Assembly: GCF_001194135.2 (NCBI RefSeq)
Contig: NC_069002.1
Coordinates: forward strand, 35,202,718-35,266,717
DNA: 64,000 nt
Direction: 5' to 3'
Source of the DNA: Octopus bimaculoides
Taxonomy: Eukaryota
The notes below the pieces were generated by a model. That model saw only the letters and a program-made list of their open reading frames with translations, was not told where the DNA came from and ran no database searches. Positions 39,164 to 52,450 of this stretch are shown here, in pieces. Made by a program: the position numbers and the translations under genes. Positions within the stretch are counted from its first letter, which is position 1. Each line of letters begins with the position of its first letter.

Positions 39164-39224
39164 GTACTCTTCTCTCATCGTCCTCTACTATATTTTTGCA
39201 TTGTAATTTGGTTCTGTTGTATTC
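39164..39224 (-). CDS. Candidate exon of the TIR-like gene (phase 0-1)
   Basis: Acceptor ctattttag|G and donor TAC|gtaagg. The only open frame reads EYNRTKLQCKNIVEDDERRV, and its phase fits the 34279 exon. Confidence 0.33.
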
Positions 39225-40305
39225 CTAAAATAGTTATACCCACCGAGGTTCACTTTCTTCGTAGGTGTACCATCAGGGTGTTCAATACTTCTGATATTCC
39301 ACTATCCTACCCCTCCTCATCTTCTGAATAACACTGCTACTACCATTTAGTGAGGTTGATTGCCAGAATAGTTAAGCAACATTTAGCGCAGATTATTCTA
39401 CCATTCGTTTAAATCCTACCGAGATGAACTTTATTTTATCGGCCCTGAATGGTTGAAATACAAAATACATAACGTATAATCAATGTTCAGGGGTCAACAG
39501 TATTGTCTGACCCTCTGCCATCATAAACGTGGCTTGTGTCTAAATTAGAAACAAGGCGTTCAAATAATATTTTTGAAAATTAGCTTACATAAATTAGATA
39601 TTGATGCTTGTATGATACTAATTAACTTACGTATGGAAGAAAGTATAACTAAATATTTTTCAATATGTATTTATTTAGTAGTTTCTCAAAATATGTGGAG
39701 ACAGGGTATCTAAAAGAGAAAGTAGTAATCATATTTTTGGTAATGAGGTATTTTTCTTCGTTTTGCTTTTTAGATATAAATAAACTAATCTATTTGTTTT
39801 CATCGAGTTCTATTTAATTCTTTCCTTTTTAACTTTGGTACTTCTTATAAATTTTGATATGAACTGCGTGATAGGAGTAAGTAGACCTGTGTATGATTGT
39901 GTCTAGAGAAACGAGTCTGTATTTGTGTACCGACGAATTGAAATAGAATTGAAGATTTCGTTTGATTGGACCAAGTAATCTTAAGAATTTTCAAGAAAAA
40001 TTTATTTTTAACATTAACAGACATTTTTTTTATTCTTACGTTCATCTGTGTATCCATGAGAATGTTACGTACTTTATATATGAAGAACTTACTTTCAAAA
40101 CCAGATATATGCATCGGAATGACTTTTTAGTAATTGTTTAAAACAACTTGAGTAAATCTGATTTTGATTGCAAGACTAAGATTAGCCTTCTGTCTACATG
40201 GCATTTATCCCAGTTTGACTGGAAACAAATGCATGTGTATGAAGCCAGTAGCTTGTATATTGTGTTTAATGGTTATCGTGAAATCGTCCAAATATACACT
40301 TATAC

Positions 40306-40331
40306 TGGGTTTTCAAAGCTCCTCATATTGT
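40306..40331 (-). CDS. Candidate 26-nt exon of the TIR-like gene (phase 1-0)
   Basis: Strong acceptor tttttttctatag and weaker donor CCA|gtataa. Reads (D)NMRSFENP; the junction with the 39224 exon creates FENP|EY. Confidence 0.28.
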
Positions 40332-40831
40332 CTATAGAAAAAAATCTGAACATTAACAAAAATTTAATTCCAAGAGGAATAATATAAGTTGAACATCTAG
40401 AGCTTTGTTTCCGATTGAGGATAGGGTGATGAAAGGTAACTACACGTTTCTATAAAGCAGGTGATAATTACGTATATATTTGCATTTTTGGAAACAAATA
40501 CCTTGCTTGTGAGTTGCTGTTTAGCATAACTTTTTATTAGAAGAATAAGCTTTCATAAAATTTAAAATTCTAAAACCCTTATGGATGCATACGTTAATAA
40601 AAATGATGGTTATTAAGCCGAAACTATAGAGGTTTTATAAAAAGAATGTATTGGGTGTTCATTCAATTTAATGTTCCGCTGTTTTACTTATAAACGTACA
40701 TGAAACAAAAGATTAAGCGTTACTCGGGCACTCAACTATGAGTTCACAGTATCTTATAGGAGAAACAGACGAAGATAATGACGTTCATAGGATAATCGCT
40801 TGTTCCTTTGTTCATTTCATTTTCTCATTAC

Positions 40832-40880
40832 CAGTCTCTACTCGACTAACGCTTCTCCTTAAGCATGCATATACTGAGTT
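40832..40880 (-). CDS. Candidate juxtamembrane exon of the TIR-like gene (phase 0-1; alternative acceptor starts it at 40873)
   Basis: Donor CTG|gtaatg. Reads NSVYACLRRSVSRVET(D). Confidence 0.22.
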
Positions 40881-40909
40881 CTACAACAGGTTATTAGTTT
40901 GTGTCTAAG

Positions 40910-40946
<37 letters not shown>

Positions 40947-42679
40947 CACAACCAATTTCATTAGCATCCCGGTTTTAGTCCCCAACAACTTTAACTTCTT
41001 GCATACTTTCAGCTCACAGCAACATCATATCTCCTCCATTATTTAAGTATTACGTGTCAAAAGTGAAACAGAAACACTGTCATTCGAACCGGAATCTCAA
41101 AAATATTGTCATCTTACATCTCATTCTCATTTAAGTACCACGACAGGCAAATAAANNNNNNNNNNNNNNNNNNNNNNNNNNNNNNNNNNNNNNNNNNNNN
41201 NNNNNNNNNNNNNNNNNNNNNNNNNNNNNNNNNNNNNNNNNNNNNNNNNNNNNNNNNNNNNNNNNNNNNNNNNNNNNNNNNNNNNNNNNNNNNNNNNNNN
41301 NNNNNNNNNNNNNNNNNNNNNNNNNNNNNNNNNNNNNNNNNNNNNNNNNNNNNNNNNNNNNNNNNNNNNNNNNNNNNNNNNNNNNNNNNNNNNNNNNNNN
41401 NNNNNNNNNNNNNNNNNNNNNNNNNNNNNNNNNNNNNNNNNNNNNNNNNNNNNNNNNNNNNNNNNNNNNNNNNNNNNNNNNNNNNNNNNNNNNNNNNNNN
41501 NNNNNNNNNNNNNNNNNNNNNNNNNNNNNNNNNNNNNNNNNNNNNNNNNNNNNNNNNNNNNNNNNNNNNNNNNNNNNNNNNNNNNNNNNNNNNNNNNNNN
41601 NNNNNNNNNNNNNNNNNNNNNNNNNNNNNNNNNNNNNNNNNNNNNNNNNNNNNNNNNNNNNNNNNNNNNNNNNNNNNNNNNNNNNNNNNNNNNNNNNNNN
41701 NNNNNNNNNNNNNNNNNNNNNNNNNNNNNNNNNNNNNNNNNNNNNNNNNNNNNNNNNNNNNNNNNNNNNNNNNNNNNNNNNNNNNNNNNNNNNNNNNNNN
41801 NNNNNNNNNNNNNNNNNNNNNNNNNNNNNNNNNNNNNNNNNNNNNNNNNNNNNNNNNNNNNNNTATATGTATGTATGTATGTATGTGTGTGTGTGTGTGT
41901 GTGTGTGCATGCATGGTTGTGTAGATGTGTACTTAGTATCTGTACGCAAAAGAACAGTTATTGTGCTTAAGCGCTACTTCCTGCATGCATTTGTGTATTT
42001 CTGTCTATGTACGTTTCTGTGTATGCATATGTATATAAACACTTGTATGCCTAAATATTTGAAGACCTTACCTGTGAAAATATATTATGAGATCGTAAAC
42101 ACATTCACGTCTAATATATTTAGACGTGAATAAGGAGACGACGGGAAGACTCTCTATGGCTTCATTCCCCAGATAATTTTTCACAAATCAGAGCTAACAT
42201 TGTAAATACGTTTTCCCGAAACAAATCTATGCAATCTTCAGCAGCCTCTTTATACCTTTCTCAGAGATGAAGTTAATATGACACTTGATAGCAGAATTAG
42301 AAAACGGGTGGCCTTCGTTAACCAAATAATATATATTTTATGTAAAACTTATGCAGAACACAAGCTTTTAGTAAATATTTGAAAAAGCTCAGTCGAGAGA
42401 ATTATTAGAATTAAAAAGCGTTCGAGCTTTATATTTAATGTGCTGGTAAAAAAAGAAGTGTGAAGTATCGTGAGATTACCGATTAAAATTAAGCTATCCA
42501 CTGGAACTCTACCATATATATTGGAGTTTTATCTAATTTTTTTCTCTAGGGAAAACATACTTTAGAACTCTTCCTACGACGGAGCACACACATTAATACG
42601 CTTTTATCTAGTATAGCCCTCATTCTTTCTCCGTACATCCAGGTAATAGCTAACTAGTTAAACAGATAGATGGATATAT

Positions 42680-43257
42680 ATATAGATAGATCGACAGAGA
42701 GAGGGAGTCAGGCAAAATGAATTAACGGACAGGCAGAATGATTGACATACTGATGGAATAGATACACAGACAGAGAGAAGAGACATACAGACAGATAGAC
42801 AGAGAAGAGAAAGAGAAAGAGAGAGAGACAGACTGAGAGAAGAGAAAGAGAGATAGAGACAGAAGAGAAAGAGAGTGAGACAGACAGAAGAAAAAGAAAG
42901 TGAGACAGACAAAAGAAAGAGAGTGAAACAGACAGAAGTGACAGACAGAAGATAAAGAGAGAGACAGACAGAAGATAAAGAGAGAGACAGACAGACAGAA
43001 GAGAAAAAGAGAGAGAGACAGACAGGCAGACAGAGGAGAAAGAGAGACAGACGGACAGAAAAGAAAGAGAGGCACAGACAGAAGAGAAAGAGACACAGAC
43101 AGACAGAAGAGAAAGGGAGACGGACAGAAGAGAAAGGGAGACGGACAGAAGAGAACGAGAGACAGACAAACAGAAGAGAAAGAAAGAGAGAGTGGGGCAG
43201 ACATAAGAGAGACAGAGGAACAGAGAGAGATAGGCAGATATAGATACACAGGCAGAC

Positions 43258-43296
<39 letters not shown>

Positions 43297-43300
43297 TAGA
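42680..43300. repeat. Compound (GACA)/(GA)/(TAGA) purine-rich tandem repeat
   Basis: Recurrent gacagacagaagagaaagaga units. Confidence 0.9.
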
Positions 43301-44615
43301 AGCCAAATTCATAGCTTATATTGAATCCGAATATTAACAAGGTGATAAATATATGGTAGCTCTGATGCGCTTTTTGACAACTATCTCCTCGCTCGTAAAA
43401 TATTTTACTGCGGCTGCTCTTATTACATCTCAAAATACAATTATTATTTTCATTACTATGTTTGTATACTTTTGTTGGTGTTGTTACTCTTGTAGTTGTT
43501 ATTTTCATTCTAGCAAAATCTTTATAGTATACGTCTTTTGAAACGGAACTATAACCAGATATAAGTGAAAATAACCAGTAGAGAATCGTAAAAATCTGTC
43601 TCTATGAATATATGTATAAGTGCATTTATATGTATAAATATATGTGAAGGCATATATATGTGTGTGCACGTATGTATTTGCGTGTATATACATATATATA
43701 TATAAACATATATACACACACACATATATATGCATATATATACACGTACATATGCATGTAGTATGCAAACCATACATCAATATATGTACATATATAGATA
43801 TATATATACAAGCATATACACCTATATATAACTACAAGCATACACACATACACATGTATATATAGAGATATATATATCGAAACTGGCTATATATATGTCT
43901 ATATACATATTTATATATATATACATATATACCAACATATATATATATGTGTGCATATATACATATATAAACATATATACCAATACATGTATATATGTAT
44001 ACGTATATGGGTGTGTGTGTGTGTGTGCGTGCCACTGTGCATGTGTTTATGTGCATGTGTGTGTGCGCGTGAATGTATACATTTTATGATACTTCAAAAA
44101 CATATATAGAAATAGCAGACTTTAAACTGTATGAAGGAGAAAACATTTTACTGTTGATAATTTTCGTTTTATATCTTATTTCTTTCATTTTTATTCTAGT
44201 ATATTTATTCATGGCATATATTCTGACATAAAATTCCATTTATATATATGCGTTTTATTTTTTATCTTTTTGTTTGACTAATGATATAAGTCTATGGACA
44301 TGAAGAGATAATCTAAATTGTGGTGAAAACATTTAAATTTAAGCGAGTTCTCTGAACGTTCTTTGCTAGCTAAGCACACTAAATTGTATTCTGAGTATTT
44401 TCGAATATAGCTTCTTCTGTCAAGAACTGATTTCTTCAAAAGATAACTGTATTATCTCGAGGGAATAATGAAAAGAAATTTATAGCTTTAACACTACAAA
44501 TTTAGGTTCCGTATGACCATATACTCTGCGTAAAGGTACCGACAGACATACTCACAGAGATATGCTTAGCGTTTCAGTGCGTGCATACATTTAAGAACAT
44601 AGATATTACATAAAG

Positions 44616-44650
<35 letters not shown>

Positions 44651-45189
44651 CATGCACACACATGTATATGTTTGTGTGTGTGCGTATGTGTGTATATATG
44701 CGTGTGCGCGAAAGAGACATGGAGAGACAGTGAGAGATGTAATTATTAATTATGTGCATTTTTGGTAAAACAGAGACGTAGCTCTTGAAATCTATATTTT
44801 GACCTAAGTGTATTCACTTAAAGAGGTCCCTCACGTAATATCCTTCATCTGTATCTTTTTTCGTTCCTTGTTTATCAAGATACATCTAAGCGTATATNNN
44901 NNNNNNNNNNNNNNNNNNNNNNNNNNNNNNNNNNNNNNNNNNNNNNNNNNNNNNNNNNNNNNNNNNNNNNNNNNNNNNNNNNNNNNNNNNNNNNNNNNNN
45001 NNNNNNNNNNNNNNNNNNNNNNNNNNNNNNNNNNNNNNNNNNNNNNNNNNNNNNNNNNNNNNNNNNNNNNNNNNNNNNNNNNNNNNNNNNNNNNNNNNNN
45101 NNNNNNNNNNNNNNNNNNNNNNNNNNNNNNNNNNNNNNNNNNNNNNNNNNNNNNNNNNNNNNNNNNNNNNNNNNNNNNNNNNNNNNNNN

Positions 45190-45229
<40 letters not shown>

Positions 45230-45724
45230 CTATTCTACTGGTGCATATTCATACGCAAGCGTGATTGGTGTGCATTGAACATTTCGAATCAGTCGCTACA
45301 AAAACAAAAGGTCTGAGACATTACGAAACTTCATTTCTTAAGAATTCTAAATTTTCCCTTTTAACGGCAATCAAACTTTTATTTCGCCTGATATGTTGCA
45401 AAGATTATTTTGCCACTCTGTCGAGTTTAAGTACGTAGGTATCTTCTCCTGTACGGCAGCTAGACAAACTGTGTTAGTAATTCGCTGTTTTCGCTGTTAT
45501 TCAATTGATTGCTCTGCTTCGGGAAAAATGTTACACTTGATTACACAAGGAGCATTTGAAATATCAAAAATCGCCAAACCACACGTACCACTATAAATGT
45601 AAGTGTGTGTGCGAGTGTGTGTAAGTGCGTGTACTTGTGTTTTTGTGTGTGTGTGCTAATGTGTTCTAGTATGTGTGTTTCTTTAACTTACGTGTGTTTG
45701 TGCATATATGTGTATATACGAATG

Positions 45725-46094
45725 GAGGCAGTGAGTAGGCGGAATCGTCAGATGCATTTCGTCCTTATGTTCTGAGTTCAAATCCTGCCTAGGTTTACTT
45801 GCCACTCATCCCTTGGTGGGGGATGAAATAAGCACCAGTTGAGTATAGGGGCTCGATGTAATCAACATGCGCCTTCCTCCAAAATTTCAGGCTTTTTACC
45901 TTAGCAAAAAGTAATATGCGTAGATAGATAGATAGCCGCAAGAGTGGCTATGTCGTCAGTAGCTTGCTTACCAACCACATGGTTCCGGGTTCAGTTCCAC
46001 TGCAATGCACCTTCGGCAAGTATATTCTACTATAACTTCAGGCCGATCAAAGCCTTGTGAGAGGAGTTGGTAGATGGAAACTGAAAGAAGCCTG

Positions 46095-46100
<6 letters not shown>
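45725..46100 (+). mobile_element. SINE family B (45725-45905) followed by the 5' half of a family A SINE (45935-46100)
   Basis: ttctgagttcaaatcctgcc...; then gcaagagtggctatgtcg...ggttccgggttcagttccac...ttggtagatggaaactgaaagaagcc. Confidence 0.85.
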
Positions 46101-46130
<30 letters not shown>

Positions 46131-46652
46131 GAATTATATTCTTGGGAATAGAAAAATGATGGGTTTTTTCCCTTATGAATTTTTTACACATTAGCTTCCT
46201 GATAACATTCTTAGAAAAGATTTTTATCCCATTATTGAATTAATTAAACATAAGGTTATTAGAGTTAAAGTTTAGAATAACCGTTTAAGGAATAAAAATA
46301 TCCGTTATACTACCGGTATAATTACGCATGTTAAACCTGGATATACATATGAAAGCATATTATGCTTATAGGTTACAGGTAATGACAAAGATAAACATGA
46401 TCTTATTAGGAGTCAAATTTAAAGTACACACTAAATGGAGAAATATTGAACAACGGCAACTGACTCATCAATTATTACTTTTTAAATTCTGAAAATAATA
46501 TTTTCAGGATTTTCAATTGCAATACCGTATAACATTGGAAGCAGAAACAGCTGTTATGTAGAATACAGTCTATTTTTATTTAGTTAAAAAGTAATAACTG
46601 ATAATTATTGTTGATCAATATTTCTCCATTTTTTGCGTAATGCAAATTTATA

Positions 46653-46703
<51 letters not shown>

Positions 46704-48089
46704 TCTGCCAATAAGGCACGTTGATGTTTCGGGCTAAGAACTTCTTCCGAGACTAAAATTTAGATGAACTCAATGTATGCCAAAATATTTCTTAAAATTT
46801 TCTCATTTCCATATTTTTTTTATATGCCAACAATCTAAAATGTTTTGTCACGGAATATAGTTTTATATGCAAAACTTTGTGTAGCCTATTTATTGGTAAG
46901 AGTTCACCTGCAGACAAAGAACGAACTAAAGAGGTAACATACTAGTTTATTGAAGTGCATTTTTAGTGAGACAAGTATTCGAATTTTCACCTTCCTACGT
47001 AACAGCTTTAAGCAGAAATGATGCTTTGCAGTCACTATAGGTTAACAATACAATCATGTATGAGAGGAGTTGGAGTTTTTTGTTTTTTTGTTTTTCTAAA
47101 AATCAATTTCATTGTGAGCATATTGTTACTTGAGAGGTCTTAGAAATGCAAAGTGTTTTATGGTGGAATGGTGTTTCCTATCGTCGTATGTATTAAAACA
47201 TTGTGAATGGTTGACACCATGGTTAAAGCTCTACTTTTTTACTTCATGTCCGTTTATATTTATTCATTTTTTTCCGTCTTTATTAATGTATATTTATACA
47301 TCTGCAAATGATACGGGTGTCAGTCAATAAATGCTCTGTCAACATCAACATTCTTCAGGTAAATTCTGTCCTTTCTCTTTTTCTTTCAAGGACAAAAGGC
47401 ACCTCTACGAATATAAGAAATGGTAGAATAAAGATATGGCAATATCCTACGGAAACTCTTACACTGGAAAATATCGGCATACGAAGAAAACAGCCTTTCA
47501 GATAATTTCAATATGTATTGAATTACTTTCCTTTGGAATTTCGTCTTACTTGACGAGCATAACAGAAGGGTGAAGTTAAGTGTTAAAAAAATAAATAAAA
47601 TTCTGCCGGTTTATATTACATGAATTCAAATAGCAAGAATTTTAGTTCCAGGAAAACACGCAGATAATAAAAGATATATAAGCGGTTTTGTGCAACGAAT
47701 AGCATGGCATGATCGAAAACGGGTAGAATTTCTAAGAATATACTTCAAATAAGAAATTCTATTTCGCAAACCTTTACAAAGAACACATACCAACAGACTT
47801 CAAAGACGTTTCATTTTGCAGACTATAAATTGTGGTTTCTTGGAGGGAACTACTAGTTCACGAAACTGTACTTGGAATATTTCTATAATTTATGCTACTG
47901 TGTAATGAGAATAGTCTAACATGTCGGAATGTTGCCCGTCGTCTGACACTAAGGCAGAGGGTAGAAAAATTGATAGGAATATATATATATATCGAGAGCG
48001 TTTTCTTATTCGATACATAGACATACATTGAGGCACAAAAATAGGTATACAGGTAGATAGATAAACGGATAGATAGATAGATAGATGTC

Positions 48090-49075
48090 TAGATACGATT
48101 CTTTATTAGCCACACAGGGCTGAGCACAGAGGGGACAAGTTACAAAGTAGAGCTTTTCTTTTGGGGGATGAGAAGGAAGGATAATAAAAAGGGGGTAGAT
48201 TTTTTTATCAAAAGGGATCGTAAAAAAACAAAAAAAACGATCAATAGAGATCGTGTATCACAGAAATGTCATGATATAAAGTGTAAAGGGGGAAACAGAT
48301 TAAGTTTATCCGTGGGAAGAAAAGCCTACGGAAAAGACCACGGTAAACTTTCCAAAAACATATTACAGTAAGTGACTCTCTTTTTACCTTTTTTTTCTGG
48401 TTCATAGGGTTATGCTAAAAGGTGACTCCGTCAATCATACGTGCCATCCTTGTTATATTCACCCATCTTTTCTTGAAGCATTCAGTAGACAGAACTTCCC
48501 TCTACACTCTTACCTTCCTCTTCAAGTGATACTTGAAAAAGTTGATGAGAGATTCACTAGAGAGGTAAGTATTTGTCTCCAGACCTTTCAGACGCATCCA
48601 CCATAGACATTCTTTCGCCATAGCCACACGTACGATGAAAATGTCTCTTCCCTCCCGTTTCAAGGAAGGAGGTGCGACAATATTCACGATAAACTCGGCT
48701 GATAAACTGACTCGTCCCACACGCGATAGCAGTCGTTCGGAAATGGTTGGACACTGTACGAGTGCGTGCAGAACGGTTTCGTCGCTCTGACCGCATCTCG
48801 GGCAGGTCGACCCATTGTTTTCCGAGCCATACCTGTAGAGCTTATCCCGAACGGGTAGCGCTTCTCGATAGCACTGCCAGGACAGGTATCTCTGGAAGTT
48901 GTCCATAGGTCCCGCCCCGAAATTCGTCTTGAACCGGCAGGTCAGGTATTCCTCGTCGACGCCCAGGTTCGCCCCGAGATCGTCGTCGTACCTCCCCTCC
49001 ACTAATCCCCTATAGAATGCTTTGGTTGTGTTTCAGTCGCTCAAAGTCGACCCGGGATGGCATAGTTGCTCGAAA
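48090..49075 (-). mobile_element. L1/Tx1-type LINE, 5'-truncated 3' end with zf-RVT-like CCHC module
   Basis: ORF 49002-48502 contains SWQCYREALPVRDKLYRYG...CPRCGQSDETVLHALVQCP. AATAAA occupies 48107-48102 and is followed by an (ATCT)n tail. Confidence 0.85.
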
Positions 49076-50657
49076 GTTGTGCGCGTTGTGTGTGTGTGAA
49101 TGTCTTGTAAAGGAATAGGGATTTGGAATACGGGCAGGTACCTTATTAACATTCTGATATAATCCAGATTTGGCTAACTATATAGAATCATAGGGAACCT
49201 ACACCATTGTATGAATTAAACATTTAAACGGAACTTCAATCGACAGGTGCTAATTGGTCTTCATACATCACAGAGAATATACAATTAAGACGTCATAAAG
49301 GAGAATGGAGAATTATAGGTATTGACAATTTATTCATTATAGTGTTATTCCCATTAAATCCCAATCTGACACGTATTTCTGCTGGACAAATGTCCTAGTT
49401 TCCTTTGATGTAAAATTTATGTGCATTTTGTTGATTCCGTTGCTAGACATATTCATCCAGGTTAGACTTTCCTATGCAACTCTGTCCAAAGTTTTATACA
49501 TACAGAACAGAGAAGCGAACTGAGAACACAAGTATTAGATAGTTCTTCAAAAATTATATTTTAGGTGAAGGACCATAAAACCTCAGCGTACCTGACAGGT
49601 ACAGCTTGATGAAACACGTATCGGATTGAAATTTTATAAGAAACCCAAAATGAATAAATTTTAAATGTGTATAATTGTCAATTCTTCTTTATCATAGCTT
49701 GTCTACTCTGCATACTATAAGACGTCCAAATACGATATGACCATTGCTCTGGTACCAGAAAAATTGAGGAAAGCGGCATAAGAATGTAACTCGTTGTGCA
49801 TAGGTATGCATCGAAAGAGAGGGCAGGGAAACGAACTGGTGTATTATATACCAAAATTCATTTCATTTGTCTCCATAGCTAGGACAAAAACAGAGCACAT
49901 ATAGGAAGAAAAAAAGTGGAGAGTCACGTAATTAATTATCTAAATACAATTGGCATAGTATATATTTAAGTGGAAGTGAAGACCTAAAAAGCTTACCAAG
50001 AGCAGATTGCATAATTCGGACACTCTCCAACGGAACGTGTGTGTAGTGTCGAGACTAAATAATTTACGAACGAATTCTCTAGATTTCTTTTCTCTCTCAC
50101 ACACACACACACGTACAAAACATAGGCAGACATAAATATATACAACAAATACACATACATGTATATACATATATATAAATATACATATGCATAAATGTGT
50201 AAAATAATGTATAATTTATAAGTATGTGGTTGTGAGCGTGTGTAAAAACATATTGTTAGAGACATGTATACACATTTATACATACCGGTATACAGATATA
50301 TACATATTTGTTTGCACGAAGAGGACAACGTATGAATCTATACATATGTATATATGACCATATATGCATCTGTGTTTGCGTGTGAGTGGCTGTGTGTGAA
50401 TGTGTGTGTGTTCCTATGTGGATATGGAAGGTGACAGCTACTTTAAGTTTCACAAGTGGTGAAATTGTATCGTCTCTTCGCTCAGTTTCCATTTGTGATA
50501 TTGTTCTTATTTTCAAACGATCAATTATCAAATATATCTACATACATACACAAATCCTTATATACATACCTATATTTATAAATATACAAGCACATATATA
50601 CACACATATATATACACACATATATATACTTATGTCTACCAATATACATATATGAAT

Positions 50658-50746
<89 letters not shown>

Positions 50747-50797
50747 TATGTGTGTGCGTGCGTTTGTAAGAACGTTTATACAGTGTCAACTACTTAC

Positions 50798-50896
50798 CCT
50801 TGTTCCCGAGGGCAAAGCGACATTCATTCCATCTATCACCGGTGCCCCTCCTGCTATTTGCAATCCATAACCGTTCACATCCAATAAAATCCTGCT
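50798..50896 (-). CDS. Candidate 99-nt exon, possibly a VWD-domain-like segment
   Basis: Donor AGG|gtaagt and acceptor cacactttcaaag. The phase-0 frame reads [34 protein letters not shown] second frame is also open. Confidence 0.25.
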
Positions 50897-51411
50897 CTTT
50901 GAAAGTGTGTATCCAGAACATTAACAATGCAGAAGTAATCTATACCGTGCATAGCATTTAGTGCACTTGACGTGGAGTGGAAGAGAACAAATAAAACCGA
51001 GTAGAAAATTGGTAAGGAATAAAGCATAATAGCTGGAAGGATTAAAAAGGGCTTATAAAATTCTAGTGAAAATTCTCTTCCGTAATACTTTATGGCAAAA
51101 TAGCAAAACCCGATAACAGACGGCATCCGAGAATTGTTTATTTCTTTAATAATGTCTTTGCTGTCATGGATATATTGCAGATTCTAGGCTATGGAAACAT
51201 ATAGACGAGCTCACATAGAGAGAGATATACGAACGCACACATTTGTGCGAGTGAGTATATATATATATATATATATATATATACAAATAAAGAATATAAA
51301 TGTATATATATATATATATATTACATACATATATATACACACACACGAATAAAGAATATAAATGTGAATATATATATACGTTATATATATTGATATATGT
51401 ATGTTTTTGTG

Positions 51412-51455
<44 letters not shown>

Positions 51456-52311
51456 GAGAGAGAAAGAGAGAGAGACAGAGAGAGAGAACGAGGGAGGGAG
51501 AAAGAGATAATGGTAAATAGATATATACAGTGACATATGTAATCAAATGTGTACATGTATTTGTGTGGATTCCGTGCTAATGTGTGCGTGTGCGGGCACA
51601 CGCCTACGCATTCACCTCTGTATGAAGATATACAGAAAACGTAATGGTTACATAGTGGCTGACATGTTCCATCCACTATACATATATTTATGTAGGTAAA
51701 GATATGTGTGTCTGTCTGTGTATACATACAAACACACACGTGGATATGGCAGAGATGTGGGCTATAAATTAGAGTGCAGAACAGCAGCAAGACGCTGCTG
51801 GTGCAATGACGAGCGTATGGAGCTCTGGCTGGCATAGCTGAAATTTTGTCTGATGTCCGTGGAACTCTGAAAACAATACTGGCGATATAACCAAAAGCAT
51901 CTACGATATATATCTTAACACTGAACGGTATATGTGTGTGTGTGTGTGTGTCGTTACATATGATGTCATAGGATAAAAGAACAAATATCAACGACATTGC
52001 AAAATTTCCCAAACAACAATTGCTATTATTGCTCTGGCGCTAAGAGATATACTAGACTTAATTTCTATCAATCTTCGGATACTTTCCTCCTATGGATTGT
52101 AGAAGTGGCGAGGAATCACGCGGATAATTTTTCAAGTAGAAATAAGAAGAATGTAAAAAGGTAAAATTGCAATCTTGCTTTGAAAATGTTGGCAATTGTT
52201 ACTTGTTATTAAATTTCTTATACATTGTATGAGCGTGCATATGCATACACCGTAATGAATCACACAACACCAACTGGACCATCATCACCGTGAACTTGCC
52301 TTACAAACACG

Positions 52312-52450
52312 ATGCCTGCACTTTGTCAGCTCTGCCATCGCGAAAGATTGCATGTTCTCATCAAACCTGCACTATACAACAACAGGACATCTGAACAGCC
52401 TTATTACTACCACCAGAAGTACGCCCTTCTGGTGAACTACAAGCCATTGG
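52312..52450 (+). mobile_element. Penelope-like retroelement, GIY-YIG C-terminal remnant
   Basis: CQLCHRERLHVLIKPALYNNRTSEQPYYYHQKYALLVNYK resembles the Penelope ORF end (C.LCL.EK..I...P...N.RSE....H..K.LL.N). Confidence 0.55.

Noticed and set aside
43320-43428. CNKSSRSKIFYERGDSCQ followed by a hydrophobic stretch (EGF end plus TM-like)
   Set aside because: No usable donor before the sequence runs into (TATC)n, and only two cysteines.
46991-47034. 44-nt minus-strand exon candidate TAKHHFCLKLLRRK, phase-compatible with the 40880 exon
   Set aside because: Only phase fit supports it and the donor is moderate; not included in the model.
51774-51830. ECRTAARRCWCNDER, resembling a thyroglobulin type-1 CWCVD motif
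   Set aside because: A stop follows within a few codons and the rest of the domain is missing.
51164-52012. 282-aa minus-strand ORF
   Set aside because: Mostly spans dinucleotide repeats; the only complex part (51750-51900) has no convincing identity.
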